In this document: one piece after another, positions 23,821 through 33,264 of the stretch
Position numbering within the stretch: position 1 is the stretch's first letter
How the letters are laid out: each line of letters opens with the position of its first letter
From: a virus
Taxonomy: Duplodnaviria; Caudoviricetes
Length of the DNA stretch: 41,532 bases
Reading direction: 5' to 3' (one strand)
IMG/VR virus record: IMGVR_UViG_3300033568_000036
Location: 1 to 41,532 of that record
Translations under genes and position numbers: made by a program
The notes under the pieces: generated by a model
Databases searched by the model: none
Told to the model about the DNA's origin: nothing
Seen by the model: only the letters and a program-made list of their open reading frames with translations

Positions 23821-24062
23821 CCCTCCTAACCCAGCAGCAGCTGCGGAAGCGATTCCGTGAAGAGACCGGCCGCCCCCTCAGCCACGCGGCCATCATCCGG
23901 GCGCTGCAGCAGGAGCCACCCATGCCGTCTGTGACCGTGGGCAAGCGCAAGTTCTACGAGTGGTCCCGCGTCGCCGTCTGGCTTGGCCTCGCGGCCCCGG
24001 TGCCTGCGCTGCAGGTGGCGCGGGATCGGGAGTTTTTGAAAGCTGTGCGAAAATCGGCGTGA
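23817..24062 (+). CDS. xis: Excisionase-like winged-helix protein
   Basis: LLTQQQL...MPSVTVGKRKFYEWSRVAVWL. Directly upstream of int. GTGA-coupled. Confidence 0.7.
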   Translation: MTLLTQQQLRKRFREETGRPLSHAAIIRALQQEPPMPSVTVGKRKFYEWSRVAVWLGLAAPVPALQVARDREFLKAVRKSA

Positions 24063-24063
24063 T

Positions 24064-25086
24064 ATGACCCTCACCAAACGCGGCCCCTGGTGGCACTACC
24101 GCTTCCAAGTAGGCGGCCAGGACCACCGTGGCTCCACGAGGGTGAGAGACAAGGCCACCGCCCAGCTCATCGAGGACCAACTCCGCAAGGACGCCATCCT
24201 CCAGCCGCTGGGCCTGGGCCCTGCGCCCTCCCTGGCGGCCACCGTCACCGCATGGCTGGAGTGCCACGCGAGGACGGCCAGTGCGTCCCACCTGCGGGCG
24301 GCTGGCCATGCCAGGACCGCCCTCACCTCACTCCTGAAGCTGCCCCTGACGGCCCTGACGACGAGCCGCGTGGAGGCGTGGCGGTCCGACTACCTGGAAA
24401 CACATTCCCCAGCCGCCGCCAACGCCGCCCTGCGCTACCTCAGGCTCTTCGTGAATTGGGCCCGGCGCCTGGGCCACCTGAGGGCGGAGGGCTTCCAGGT
24501 CAAGCCCCTGAAGGTCCAGCGAAGACCGCGCCCCGTGGTGGGCGTTGGGGACCTGGCGGCCTTCCTCGCTGCCGTTGACACGGGGCCCCCCTCCGTCCAG
24601 GCGGCCATCCGGGTCGCGCTGTTCATGGGGCTAAGGGAAGGGGAGATCCTAACGATGCGCTGGGACTGGCTCCAGGGGTCCACCTATTTCGTGGGACTCG
24701 ACAAGGGGCGGAAGGGCCGCTCGGTCCAGGTGCCACCCTTCGTCCTGCCCTACCTGGAGGCCATCAAGGGGGAGGGCCCCATCTTCCCCGGCCACGCCCA
24801 GGGCTGGCTCCGCAAGGCCATCGCCCGGGGCTGCAAGGCCGCCGGCCTGCCCGTCATGGGCATCCACCGGCTCCGGGCCTCCTGTGCCACCCTGCTGAGC
24901 GCCACGGGGACGCCGCTGCCCGTGATCCAGGAGCTGCTGGGGCATGCGGACATCCGGACCACCCGGGGGTATGTGGAGGTTGCGGCTGGGGCGCAGGCGG
25001 AGGCGCAGGGACGGCTTGCCATGGCCGCCGGTTTCGCCAATTCTTCCGCCCAAAATCCACCCAGCGACCCCAGGGACCAGCGCTAG
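24064..25086 (+). CDS. int: Tyrosine integrase
   Basis: GLREGE (R), HRLR (HxxR), LLGH (H), TTRGY (Y). N-terminal KRG.WWHYRF arm-binding domain. Confidence 0.93.
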   Translation: MTLTKRGPWWHYRFQVGGQDHRGSTRVRDKATAQLIEDQLRKDAILQPLGLGPAPSLAATVTAWLECHARTASASHLRAAGHARTALTSLLKLPLTALTTSRVEAWRSDYLETHSPAAANAALRYLRLFVNWARRLGHLRAEGFQVKPLKVQRRPRPVVGVGDLAAFLAAVDTGPPSVQAAIRVALFMGLREGEILTMRWDWLQGSTYFVGLDKGRKGRSVQVPPFVLPYLEAIKGEGPIFPGHAQGWLRKAIARGCKAAGLPVMGIHRLRASCATLLSATGTPLPVIQELLGHADIRTTRGYVEVAAGAQAEAQGRLAMAAGFANSSAQNPPSDPRDQR

Positions 25087-25091
25087 GCCCC

Positions 25092-25170
25092 GCCAGTGTT
25101 GAGCCCTGGCAGGTAGAACGCTCGATTCGTAATCAGCAGGTCGGGGGTTCAAATCCCTCCGCCGGCTCCA
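25092..25170 (+). pseudogene. attP core: intact 3' half of tRNA-Thr(CGT) with a degenerate 5' half
   Basis: GA TTCGTAA TCAGC AGGTC GGGGG TTCAAAT CCCTC CGCCGGC T CCA. The 5' part has an acceptor mismatch and no proper D stem. Confidence 0.85.
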
Positions 25171-25173
25171 GTG

Positions 25174-25208
25174 AAAAGGCCCGTGGATGCTGAGTCTACG
25201 GGCCTTTT
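25174..25208. terminator. Bidirectional intrinsic terminator after the attP tRNA segment
   Basis: AAAAGGCCCGTGGA tgctgag TCTACGGGCCTTTT. Confidence 0.85.
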
Positions 25209-25536
25209 GGCGTCTGGGCGGAGGGGCCGAAAAGCGCGAAAGTTTCTGGAATTTTCACCGTAAATCCTGGAGTTTCCGCACAAAATCCGCACATTGGCTC
25301 CCGGCAATCACCGCATGTGCTGAGGCGATTACCCAGGTATTACCCATTACCCGGGTAATGGGCGTCCATTCGGGATTCATGAATCAGGAATGGCTTTCCC
25401 GCTCGCGCGTATTCCCGCCCCACGGGGCGCCGTCGCCGTCAAACTTTCCCGCTCGGGGCGTTCACTTCCTACGCCCGTTCACGGAGCGTGAACAACCTAC
25501 TAATTTGGTACTAGTTGCTACTAGTTTTAGTAGTTG

Positions 25537-25761
25537 CTACCTCTTGTCCGCAGCCCTGGTGCGCTTCGCCTTCTTTGGCGTTTCCGGCACCACAAACATC
25601 CCGCCGTTGACCAGCTCGTGGGTCTGCATGGCGTCCATGAGTGCCTTGGCGGCCACGAAGTTCTTGGCCCCGTATTGAACCTTTCCCACGCCATCGGCGC
25701 CGGTCAGCACGATGTGGTAGGCGAACTCCCCACCCTCGCTTTCCACGATCCCCCATCCCAT
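25537..25761 (-). CDS. 74-aa hypothetical protein, last gene of the late arm
   Basis: GAGGGG RBS, 9 nt after the phosphoesterase stop. Confidence 0.6.
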   Translation of the reverse strand: MGWGIVESEGGEFAYHIVLTGADGVGKVQYGAKNFVAAKALMDAMQTHELVNGGMFVVPETPKKAKRTRAADKR

Positions 25762-25770
25762 GGCCGCCCC

Positions 25771-26982
25771 TCACGCTGACTTCCGGATGGAGACCCAGGG
25801 AACCGAGGCGGCCACCTTGGCCACCGGCTCGACATTCACCGGCATCTGGAAGGTGATGCCGTGCTGCGGATGGGTGATCCAAAGGGCCTGGCGCGGGGCC
25901 TCGAAGCCGAAGTTGCCGGCGTGGGCGTACTCGTCATAGCCTTTCAAACTGCCGTTGACGATCAGCCGTTGCATCTGAATGAGCTGGTGCCAGTGGCCCA
26001 GGATGAGGGTGTCGTAGTCCTGGCCGATCTGACCGTTCCTGGACCGCTTCTTATGGTCGCCCCGGATGATGGGCCCCAGCGCGCCGATCATTCCGTCGCC
26101 ACCACGGAATTGATCCCCGTGCGTCAGGAGATAGGTGTGGCCATAGATCCTAAAGGTCTGGTCCGGCCCATCGGAAATGGCGAAGGTGACGCGGGAGTCC
26201 TCCTCAAAATGCACCTGGAGCATCCGGTAGAGCAGCCAGTCATAGTTCAGATAGACGCGCTGCTTGGCGTGCATCTTGTGGGTCGTGCGGCCATGGTTGC
26301 CCGTGACACAGGGGAGGAAGACCTCGCCGAACTCGTCCGCGAGGGTGCGGATGCAGGTAATGAGCACGCCGAAGAGGTCCAGGACGGCCGGCATGATGGG
26401 CGTCTCGTTGGTCTGGGAGAGCTCGTCGTGAATGTCCCCGCTCACCATGTCCCCGCCCAGGACGAACACGATCCCGGGATAGTTCGGGTTCACCATGTGG
26501 CACTTCAGGAGGTCCACGGCATTTGAAATCAGGGCGCGCGCCCTTCTGTGGGCCACCTTCAAGCTGTACTCATTCACGCCCCCGATCTCCTGGGGATTCA
26601 CCACCTCCCCCCAGTGCCAGTCGGACGCGAAGAGGGTGGGGACGCCGGGGGAGTTCTTCGCGCCCTTCCCGGCTTCCAGTGTCCACCTCGGGGGCTCCGG
26701 TGTGGCCTTCGCCAGCTTGAAAATTTCCTCGCGGACAACTGCCGTGTCCAGGGCCAGCTTCTTCAGCCGTTGGACCTCCAGATTGAGCAGCCTTAGCCGC
26801 TCTTCCATGGCGGGGTCGGACTCGTAGACCTTCACCACTTCCCCGAGCTTTGGATTCTTCGCCCGCCTCTCCGCCTTCTCCCGCGCCTTCCTTTTCTTCT
26901 CCGCCCGCTCCGCCCAGGTCAGGCCGTCCGGCCCGATGAGGAGGCCATTCCTTCGTTTTCCGGACTGGCGGGGTGGGCTCAT
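25771..26982 (-). CDS. Calcineurin-like metallophosphoesterase with basic coiled-coil N-terminus
   Basis: All five motifs present: SDWH, GGDMV, GNHG, THGD, GHWH. Confidence 0.88.
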   Translation of the reverse strand: MSPPRQSGKRRNGLLIGPDGLTWAERAEKKRKAREKAERRAKNPKLGEVVKVYESDPAMEERLRLLNLEVQRLKKLALDTAVVREEIFKLAKATPEPPRWTLEAGKGAKNSPGVPTLFASDWHWGEVVNPQEIGGVNEYSLKVAHRRARALISNAVDLLKCHMVNPNYPGIVFVLGGDMVSGDIHDELSQTNETPIMPAVLDLFGVLITCIRTLADEFGEVFLPCVTGNHGRTTHKMHAKQRVYLNYDWLLYRMLQVHFEEDSRVTFAISDGPDQTFRIYGHTYLLTHGDQFRGGDGMIGALGPIIRGDHKKRSRNGQIGQDYDTLILGHWHQLIQMQRLIVNGSLKGYDEYAHAGNFGFEAPRQALWITHPQHGITFQMPVNVEPVAKVAASVPWVSIRKSA

Positions 26983-26991
26983 GTGCTTCTC

Positions 26992-29900
26992 CTACCAGAC
27001 AATCGAAATGTACCCGCCTGCCCCCGCCCCACCCGCGGAGGTCGCCCCGCCCGTGGTCTTGTACGCGCCGCCGCCACCGCCCGAACCATAGCCCGTGCCC
27101 GCAGATCCCGCCGTGGGCGTGGTGTGCTGGCCGCCATTGCCGCCCGCGCCAAAGCCCGAAGCCGCACCGCCACCACCCCAGCTGCCGGCCCCGGTGCCCG
27201 CGCTGCTGGTGCCGCCCAAGTAGAGGTCGCAGGCCCCGCCGTCACCAGAAGCCAAGGAAGTGCCGAGGGCCGTACCACCGCCCGCCCCCGGGATGAGCCA
27301 GCCGACCTCAAAGCGCTCTTGCTGGGCCCCAATGGAGCCTTCCGCCACCGCCCCCGTGACTGTGGGAGAGCCGCCGGAGCCCACAGCATCGGCCCCGGCC
27401 CCGCCCGTGCCGCCCACGAGCCCCTTCTTGCCGCCCTTGCCGGTGTGGCTGCCAAAGGTGGTGTCCGCGCCGTCCACGCCATTGGCGCCGGCAGCCCCGC
27501 CAGTCCCGGCGGCTCCGACAGAGTAGGAATAACCCGTGCCGGGCACCACCGTGATGGTCCGCTCAATACAGGCACCCGCACCGCCACCGCCGCCCCCGAA
27601 GCCAGTGGAACCGCCGCCCCCGCCGCCACCCGCGCCAATGAGGCGAAGTCTTACCTTCGTCACGCCCGCCGGACAGGTCCAGGTACGGGAGCCGCGGGTG
27701 TAGGTGGTTGAATTCCCCTTGATCTTGTTGATGACCCCGCCGACATACTCCCCGCCCAGCAGGGCCGCGGAGCCGATCTCCATCTGGATCGAACGGCTGG
27801 TGCCATCGTAGTCGGTCACGGAGAAGGCGGTGCCGGACACCTTGAAGCCCGTGCCGATGACGCCCGTGGAGCCCGCGGAATAGTTGGTGGACCGGATCAC
27901 GTTCACCAGGGCCAGGTCCGCTTCCAGGGTGTTGGCGGTGACCACGCCGTCCTGGATCGTGACGGAGCCGATGCCGAGGTTGATGCCCCACACCCGCACG
28001 TCTCCGGGCCGGGTGCCCGCGTCGCCCAGGATGAGGCCGGCGTACCCGCTCTGCTGGCCCTGGTAGGTTGCGCCAATGGCTGTGTCCGAATAGGTGGCGA
28101 CCTCCGCCCCGTCCAGCTTCAGCACCAGGCGCCGGGTGTCGCTGGTCCCGGAGGTGCCCGAATAGATGGCAGTGAGCTTGCCGGTCCCGGCGGTGCTGAC
28201 GGTGGTGCTGCCAGTGGTGGGCGTGAGTGCCGCGGAGTAGGTTCTCCCAGCCGCACCCGACACCTTATGGACTGTGAGGGATGTGCCGGTGTGCAGGACC
28301 CGCAGGCCGGTGGTCACACTGCCGAAGGCCGTGTTCATGTTGAAGAGGAAGCCGCGGGCCTGGGTACCGGAGAAGTGCGCCTCGAAGGTCTTGGTCTTGG
28401 CCGCCGGGTAGATGCGCTGGTCGTCCATGTAGGTCGCCGCGTCCCCGGTGTTTTCCACGAAGCCCGTGTCGTTGTTGGCCGCGAAGGTGCCGTCATTCTT
28501 CAGCATCAGGGGCGTACCGCCGGCATTGGCGATGAACTGGTAATTCGGGCCCACGCTGATGTGGTAGGTGCGGACCGCGCCGGCCAGGATGTTGTTGGCC
28601 TGGACCCCCCCGTCCACGATGAGCGGGGAGGCGGCCATCTGGCGCAGGTACATGTCATCGAAGTACGCCGTGCCCCCGCCCTGCAGCCGGGCGATCATAT
28701 AGACGGCGGACGCCGGGACCGTGGATTGCAGAACGCTCTGCTCGGTCCAGACGCCGCCGCTCTTGGCCGTGCCGGTGTGCGTGGCGATTACGGTGGTCTG
28801 ATCCGCCGCGTAGTAGACGAGCTTCACCGTGGAGCTGCTGGAGGCCTTGACGTAGCTGGTGAAGAGATACTGGTCGCCAACGGCCACCGGGATGAACGGG
28901 GTGATGGTGGTGGTGGTGGAACTGACGAGTCTCGACTTCGATCCGGTGCGGCTGTCCGCGCTGCTGATGGCGATGCCTTCCCAGCCGCCGGAGGGCATGG
29001 AGGTCAGGTCCAGTTCGCTGTTCGGATTGGGGATCAGGTTGTCGAAGTTCGCCACGACCAGCTGCTTGGCGAAGATGGCGTTGGCGGCGACCAAATTGGA
29101 GGTGACCGCGCCGTCCGTGATCTTCGTGCCGATGATCTTGCCGGCGCTCGTGAAGTCCGCCAGCTGCATGGCCGTGGTGGCGGCCTGGGCGACGGCGAGA
29201 TCGTAATCCGCCTTGGAGCCGGCGCCGTAGGTCCCCACGGCCACCCAGTCCACGTCGATGTTCCCGGCGCTGCTGATGAGTTCCAACTGGATCTGATCAA
29301 TGCGAGTGTTGTTGATGTAGTCCGTGGTCGAGTCATTCAGGGAGGCCATGTCCCACGCCACGTCCGTCCAGGTGCCGACGGGCGGGGTGGTGATCTGGTT
29401 CCACTTGTTGGCCGTGCTGACGGTGATGGCCGGGGAGACGCCCTTGAAATGGCACTTGCCCACCCAGGTCCCGGAATTGAGCCGCACCCTGGCGATGACC
29501 ACCCGCGCCTGCTTGCCCGTGAAGGCCGAACTGCTGAAGTCCGGGGAGAGGGCGTAGAGTGTGCCGCTGCTCCATGTGAGCTTCCGGGAGGCCTTGGCAT
29601 AGGGACTGGACGAGTCGGCCGCGGAGCCGCCGGTGTAGCTAAAGGACGCATCGCTCCCATCCCCCAGGTCCCAGAAGATCGCCGGCCGGAAGGTGTCGGT
29701 GGGCGTGAAGGGGGTCCCCGTGGCCGCCAGGATGGCGGAAATCAGTGCATCCCGGGCCTCCCAGACATCCTGGAACTTGCCGTAGAGGGCGACGCCCGTG
29801 GTCGCAGGCGTGGCGTTCCCCAGGTAGTAGTCCGCCGTGTAGAGCGCCCAGTCCGACCCGCTCCAGCCCTGGGCGCCCGTGAGGGTGTCGAGGTAGGCTT

Positions 29901-32610
29901 CCAGGTCCGTGATCGCCGTGTCGTAGGTGGTTGACGAGACGGACACTGCGGCCGCCCGCGCGTCGAGGTCCGCCTGTCCGGCCACAATGGCGTCCCTTTC
30001 AGCCTTCCACCCGCGCTTTTCCGTGGGCGTCACATAGTCGTCCAGTGCATTCACGGCGATGGTCAGCTTCGTGGGATTGGTGGATTCATTCCCGCTCGTG
30101 TCCACCGCCTTGATCCAGTAGTCATAGGAGCCCGTGGCGGGCCTCACGAGGGCCACGGCGGTCACGCTCAGGTTCTCGCAGCCGGTGACGGCGGTGCCGG
30201 CGGTCCACTTGATGGCGTCCGTCGCACCCGCCCCCGGCACCTTGATGATGTAGTGGTCCAGATCCAGGTCGCCAACCGCGTCCCAGGTGGCGGCCAGGAC
30301 ATCGCCCTGGACCGTGGCGACGAAGCCCGTCACGTCCTCCGGCGGGACCGCCTTGCCCAGCACTGTGTAGCTGTCCAGCGTCTCCGGGCTCTGGCCGTTG
30401 GGATAAAGCGCGATCACCCGGACGCGGTAGGGGCCGAGGTCCACATTCTGGAGCTCCGCCGTGGTGGCGTTGACCGTCATCGGAATCCAGGGCCCGTAGG
30501 ACCGCGAGGCCTCCGCGATGTAGCCGATGGGATTGGGACTCCCTGTGGCCACTACCGGGGGAAGCCAGTTGGCCGTCAGCACCACGATGATCTTGTCAGA
30601 TTGGATGCGCAGGGTTTCTGACGCGGCCAGGGCGGTCACGGGCTTGAAGGCCAGGGCCGTGGGCGACCCGGCATCCACCACCGCCGCGCCGTTGTCCACC
30701 AGGGCGTACTTGGTGGGATCGTGGTAGAGCGCCGTCACCTCGTATTCGAGGGGCCCGGACTCGCGGACGGACAGGACGCGGTACAGGACTTCTGTGGCGC
30801 CGTCCTGGATGATCCAGACATCCTGGGGGACAGCGGAGAACGCCGAGCCCACGGTGATGACCGTCGCCGCGCCCGCCCCGTTGGTGACGGTCCGGCTCTC
30901 CAGGGTGCCGTCCGGCATCTGGCATTTGAGGTAGTAGGTCCCGCCGCCCAGGGTGACGGAGGAATCAATGGTCACGGCGGTGGTGGTGGCGGACACGATG
31001 CGGCCACCGAAGCGGGAGAGGCCCGCCCGGTGCGGGTCCATGATTTGGATCACATCTCCTGCACGGGACACGGCTCCGGACATGCCGGCGGTGAACATGA
31101 CCGTCTCGGGGGCCATGAGGTCGCTCAGGATCGTCCACAGGCCGAACCGCTGAGCCAGCCCCTGGGAGGAAATGCCGAAGCCCGCCACCTTCGCCACGTT
31201 GAGGCCGTACCGGGCGATGCCGGTGGAGCTTTCCACGTATTCCGTGGCCTGGCGATACCCGGCGGCCGGGTCGTTCCAGGTGACCATGGCCGCCGTGTGA
31301 CGCGCCTTCCGCCCGGAGCCCTGGTAGGTGAACTTGCCGTCCTTGACGTTGGCCGCCGTGTAGAGGGTCACGGGGTCGCTGTCCTGGTCCATCACGGCGG
31401 TGATCTTCCCGCCGGCCCAGTAGAGCATCCCCCGGAAGGCGGACGCGAAGTTGTCCAGCACCTTGATGGCCTCTTCCTGGCTCTGGATGTAGATGTCGCA
31501 GAAGTACCGCGGCTCCGTCCCGCCCAGCCCATCGTCCACGAACTCATCGCACAGCACAGACAGGGCGTAGAGGGTGTCCACGTCGATGTCCGACTGGCTC
31601 AGGTAGGTCCCGCCGCCGTAGCGTGTGTTGGTCGCCAGATCCAGGAACTGCCACGCGGGGTTCCGGGTGAAGCGGGGCGTGAACGTGCCGTCCCAGATGC
31701 CCCCGGTGGTGCCGGCCCCGGTGGTGGCGTAGACAGCCGCTGTCCAGACGCCCGTGTCGGGATCTTGCGTGGCGGGGGTGTAGTTGGCGGGGACGCTTAC
31801 GATCTTCAGATCCATGAGGGTGGAAACCTGGGGCAGATTCTGGAACTGCTTGGCGTCCACCATGACCGCCAGGGCCGCCGTATTCGGGTATTTCAGCCGG
31901 GCGTCCGTGAGCTCCGTGTAGGAGTCCCACCACGTTTCATTCAAGGTGTAGGCGTCCGGAGCCGCAGCGGTGAGTCGCGTCACGCGGATGGTCCAGGAGC
32001 CCGTGCCGGTGGCCGGCAGTTCGATCCGGAAGGCCTTGGTGTACTTCGACCCGAACTTGCCGTAGATGATGCCATCCTGGTCCAGCAGGACTTCCTCATA
32101 GGCCCCGCCGTTGTAGCCGGTGCGCTGACGCTCGATCTTGAACTGGACGGAGGTTCCGCTTTCCTTGCCGTCCGTGCTGCTGATCACCTTCAGCTGCGGG
32201 ACCGCCATGCGGACGCGGACGGCGGAGAGGCCGGTGGTGGCGATGGTCCTGGTCACGGGGGTGCCGTACTCGACCTCCACATTCACGGAGACTTCGGACT
32301 CCACATCCGGAAAGCCGGGGATCACCGCCTGGTCATTCGTCCCGGCGACCAGGGCCACGGACACGGCGTTGATGTTGAAGGTGTCGTCCGCATTTTGAAT
32401 GGCCGTGTCGTTGAGGTAGACGCTCTTCAGCCCGTCCACAAGGCCCTGGATCTGGCCTTCAGACACGGCAAGCAGCATGCGGCCAAATTCGATGTTCTTG
32501 GCGTCATAGGTGCCGACCCCGCCGCCCCCGCCTGCCCCTGCGCCTGTGCCGGTGCCGCTTCCACCTGTTCCGGAGCCGTACCCGCCGTCATCAATCGGCC
32601 AGTTGATCAT
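26992..32610 (-). CDS. Central tail fibre/host-specificity protein (lambda gpJ-like) with long mosaic C-terminus
   Basis: AVSEGQIQG, YPNTA, NPAW, SAFRGMLYW and GDVIQIMDP. FN3-like, carbohydrate-binding-like and Gly-rich C-terminal modules. Confidence 0.92.
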   Translation of the reverse strand: MINWPIDDGGYGSGTGGSGTGTGAGAGGGGGVGTYDAKNIEFGRMLLAVSEGQIQGLVDGLKSVYLNDTAIQNADDTFNINAVSVALVAGTNDQAVIPGFPDVESEVSVNVEVEYGTPVTRTIATTGLSAVRVRMAVPQLKVISSTDGKESGTSVQFKIERQRTGYNGGAYEEVLLDQDGIIYGKFGSKYTKAFRIELPATGTGSWTIRVTRLTAAAPDAYTLNETWWDSYTELTDARLKYPNTAALAVMVDAKQFQNLPQVSTLMDLKIVSVPANYTPATQDPDTGVWTAAVYATTGAGTTGGIWDGTFTPRFTRNPAWQFLDLATNTRYGGGTYLSQSDIDVDTLYALSVLCDEFVDDGLGGTEPRYFCDIYIQSQEEAIKVLDNFASAFRGMLYWAGGKITAVMDQDSDPVTLYTAANVKDGKFTYQGSGRKARHTAAMVTWNDPAAGYRQATEYVESSTGIARYGLNVAKVAGFGISSQGLAQRFGLWTILSDLMAPETVMFTAGMSGAVSRAGDVIQIMDPHRAGLSRFGGRIVSATTTAVTIDSSVTLGGGTYYLKCQMPDGTLESRTVTNGAGAATVITVGSAFSAVPQDVWIIQDGATEVLYRVLSVRESGPLEYEVTALYHDPTKYALVDNGAAVVDAGSPTALAFKPVTALAASETLRIQSDKIIVVLTANWLPPVVATGSPNPIGYIAEASRSYGPWIPMTVNATTAELQNVDLGPYRVRVIALYPNGQSPETLDSYTVLGKAVPPEDVTGFVATVQGDVLAATWDAVGDLDLDHYIIKVPGAGATDAIKWTAGTAVTGCENLSVTAVALVRPATGSYDYWIKAVDTSGNESTNPTKLTIAVNALDDYVTPTEKRGWKAERDAIVAGQADLDARAAAVSVSSTTYDTAITDLEAYLDTLTGAQGWSGSDWALYTADYYLGNATPATTGVALYGKFQDVWEARDALISAILAATGTPFTPTDTFRPAIFWDLGDGSDASFSYTGGSAADSSSPYAKASRKLTWSSGTLYALSPDFSSSAFTGKQARVVIARVRLNSGTWVGKCHFKGVSPAITVSTANKWNQITTPPVGTWTDVAWDMASLNDSTTDYINNTRIDQIQLELISSAGNIDVDWVAVGTYGAGSKADYDLAVAQAATTAMQLADFTSAGKIIGTKITDGAVTSNLVAANAIFAKQLVVANFDNLIPNPNSELDLTSMPSGGWEGIAISSADSRTGSKSRLVSSTTTTITPFIPVAVGDQYLFTSYVKASSSSTVKLVYYAADQTTVIATHTGTAKSGGVWTEQSVLQSTVPASAVYMIARLQGGGTAYFDDMYLRQMAASPLIVDGGVQANNILAGAVRTYHISVGPNYQFIANAGGTPLMLKNDGTFAANNDTGFVENTGDAATYMDDQRIYPAAKTKTFEAHFSGTQARGFLFNMNTAFGSVTTGLRVLHTGTSLTVHKVSGAAGRTYSAALTPTTGSTTVSTAGTGKLTAIYSGTSGTSDTRRLVLKLDGAEVATYSDTAIGATYQGQQSGYAGLILGDAGTRPGDVRVWGINLGIGSVTIQDGVVTANTLEADLALVNVIRSTNYSAGSTGVIGTGFKVSGTAFSVTDYDGTSRSIQMEIGSAALLGGEYVGGVINKIKGNSTTYTRGSRTWTCPAGVTKVRLRLIGAGGGGGGGSTGFGGGGGGAGACIERTITVVPGTGYSYSVGAAGTGGAAGANGVDGADTTFGSHTGKGGKKGLVGGTGGAGADAVGSGGSPTVTGAVAEGSIGAQQERFEVGWLIPGAGGGTALGTSLASGDGGACDLYLGGTSSAGTGAGSWGGGGAASGFGAGGNGGQHTTPTAGSAGTGYGSGGGGGAYKTTGGATSAGGAGAGGYISIVW

Positions 32611-32613
32611 GCG

Positions 32614-33264
32614 TCACCCCGCCACGGGCGCGACGGCCCAGATCCATGCGGAGGTGTCACCGTCCCCCCCGCGGGTGCCCACCTCATCGGGCGCTTGCCC
32701 GCCCAGCCCGTTCTTCGTCCAAGTCTCCGGGCAGATGCCCACGGAGACGAGGGCGCCGCCGACCCTGCAGCGGCCATAGCCGAGCGGGACGCAGTTGCCC
32801 TGGCCCGTGGTCATGTGCGGACCGGCGAAGGCGTAGGAGGGGGTGTCTGCGGGGCCTTTGTCGAGGGCGGATGGGTTGAAGCTAGGCGCCTTGGTGAGCA
32901 TGCCAGCGACGCCGCCGACCACCATTCCGATGCCCAAGTTCATGAGCCACGGCTGCGCAAAGTACGCGCCGGCCACGATCAAAATCGCGCCCACGATGAC
33001 TCTCAACCCATTGGATGCAGCCACCACCGCCGGAACCAGCGTCACCACCTTCCCCGCCGCCGGGTGGCCCAGCTCGTCCTCGCCAATGTCCTGCTTCCCC
33101 ACGAGAACGTGGAAGCCGGGCTCGGAGTGGTCCTCCAGGTACTTGCGGAAGCCCGGCAGCCTGACGACCAAGGCGTGGATGGCCTGGGCCGGGGTGTTGA
33201 CGGCCAGACGAAATTCCTTGCCGAACCGGGCGCGCGCCGCGCCTGCGAGCTTGAGCCGAATCAT
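32614..33264 (-). CDS. Tail tip assembly protein I (lambda gpI-like)
   Basis: L.G.....FG..F.LAV, SYAFAG...QGNCVPLGYGR..VGG. Confidence 0.9.
   Translation of the reverse strand: MIRLKLAGAARARFGKEFRLAVNTPAQAIHALVVRLPGFRKYLEDHSEPGFHVLVGKQDIGEDELGHPAAGKVVTLVPAVVAASNGLRVIVGAILIVAGAYFAQPWLMNLGIGMVVGGVAGMLTKAPSFNPSALDKGPADTPSYAFAGPHMTTGQGNCVPLGYGRCRVGGALVSVGICPETWTKNGLGGQAPDEVGTRGGDGDTSAWIWAVAPVAG

Noticed and set aside
25092-25170. Functional phage tRNA-Thr gene
   Set aside because: No pairable D stem, a bulged anticodon stem and an acceptor mismatch. Position after int indicates attP.
26992-32610. Diversity-generating retroelement or invertible tail-fibre cassette
   Set aside because: No reverse transcriptase, invertase, TR/VR pair or inverted crossover sites were seen.
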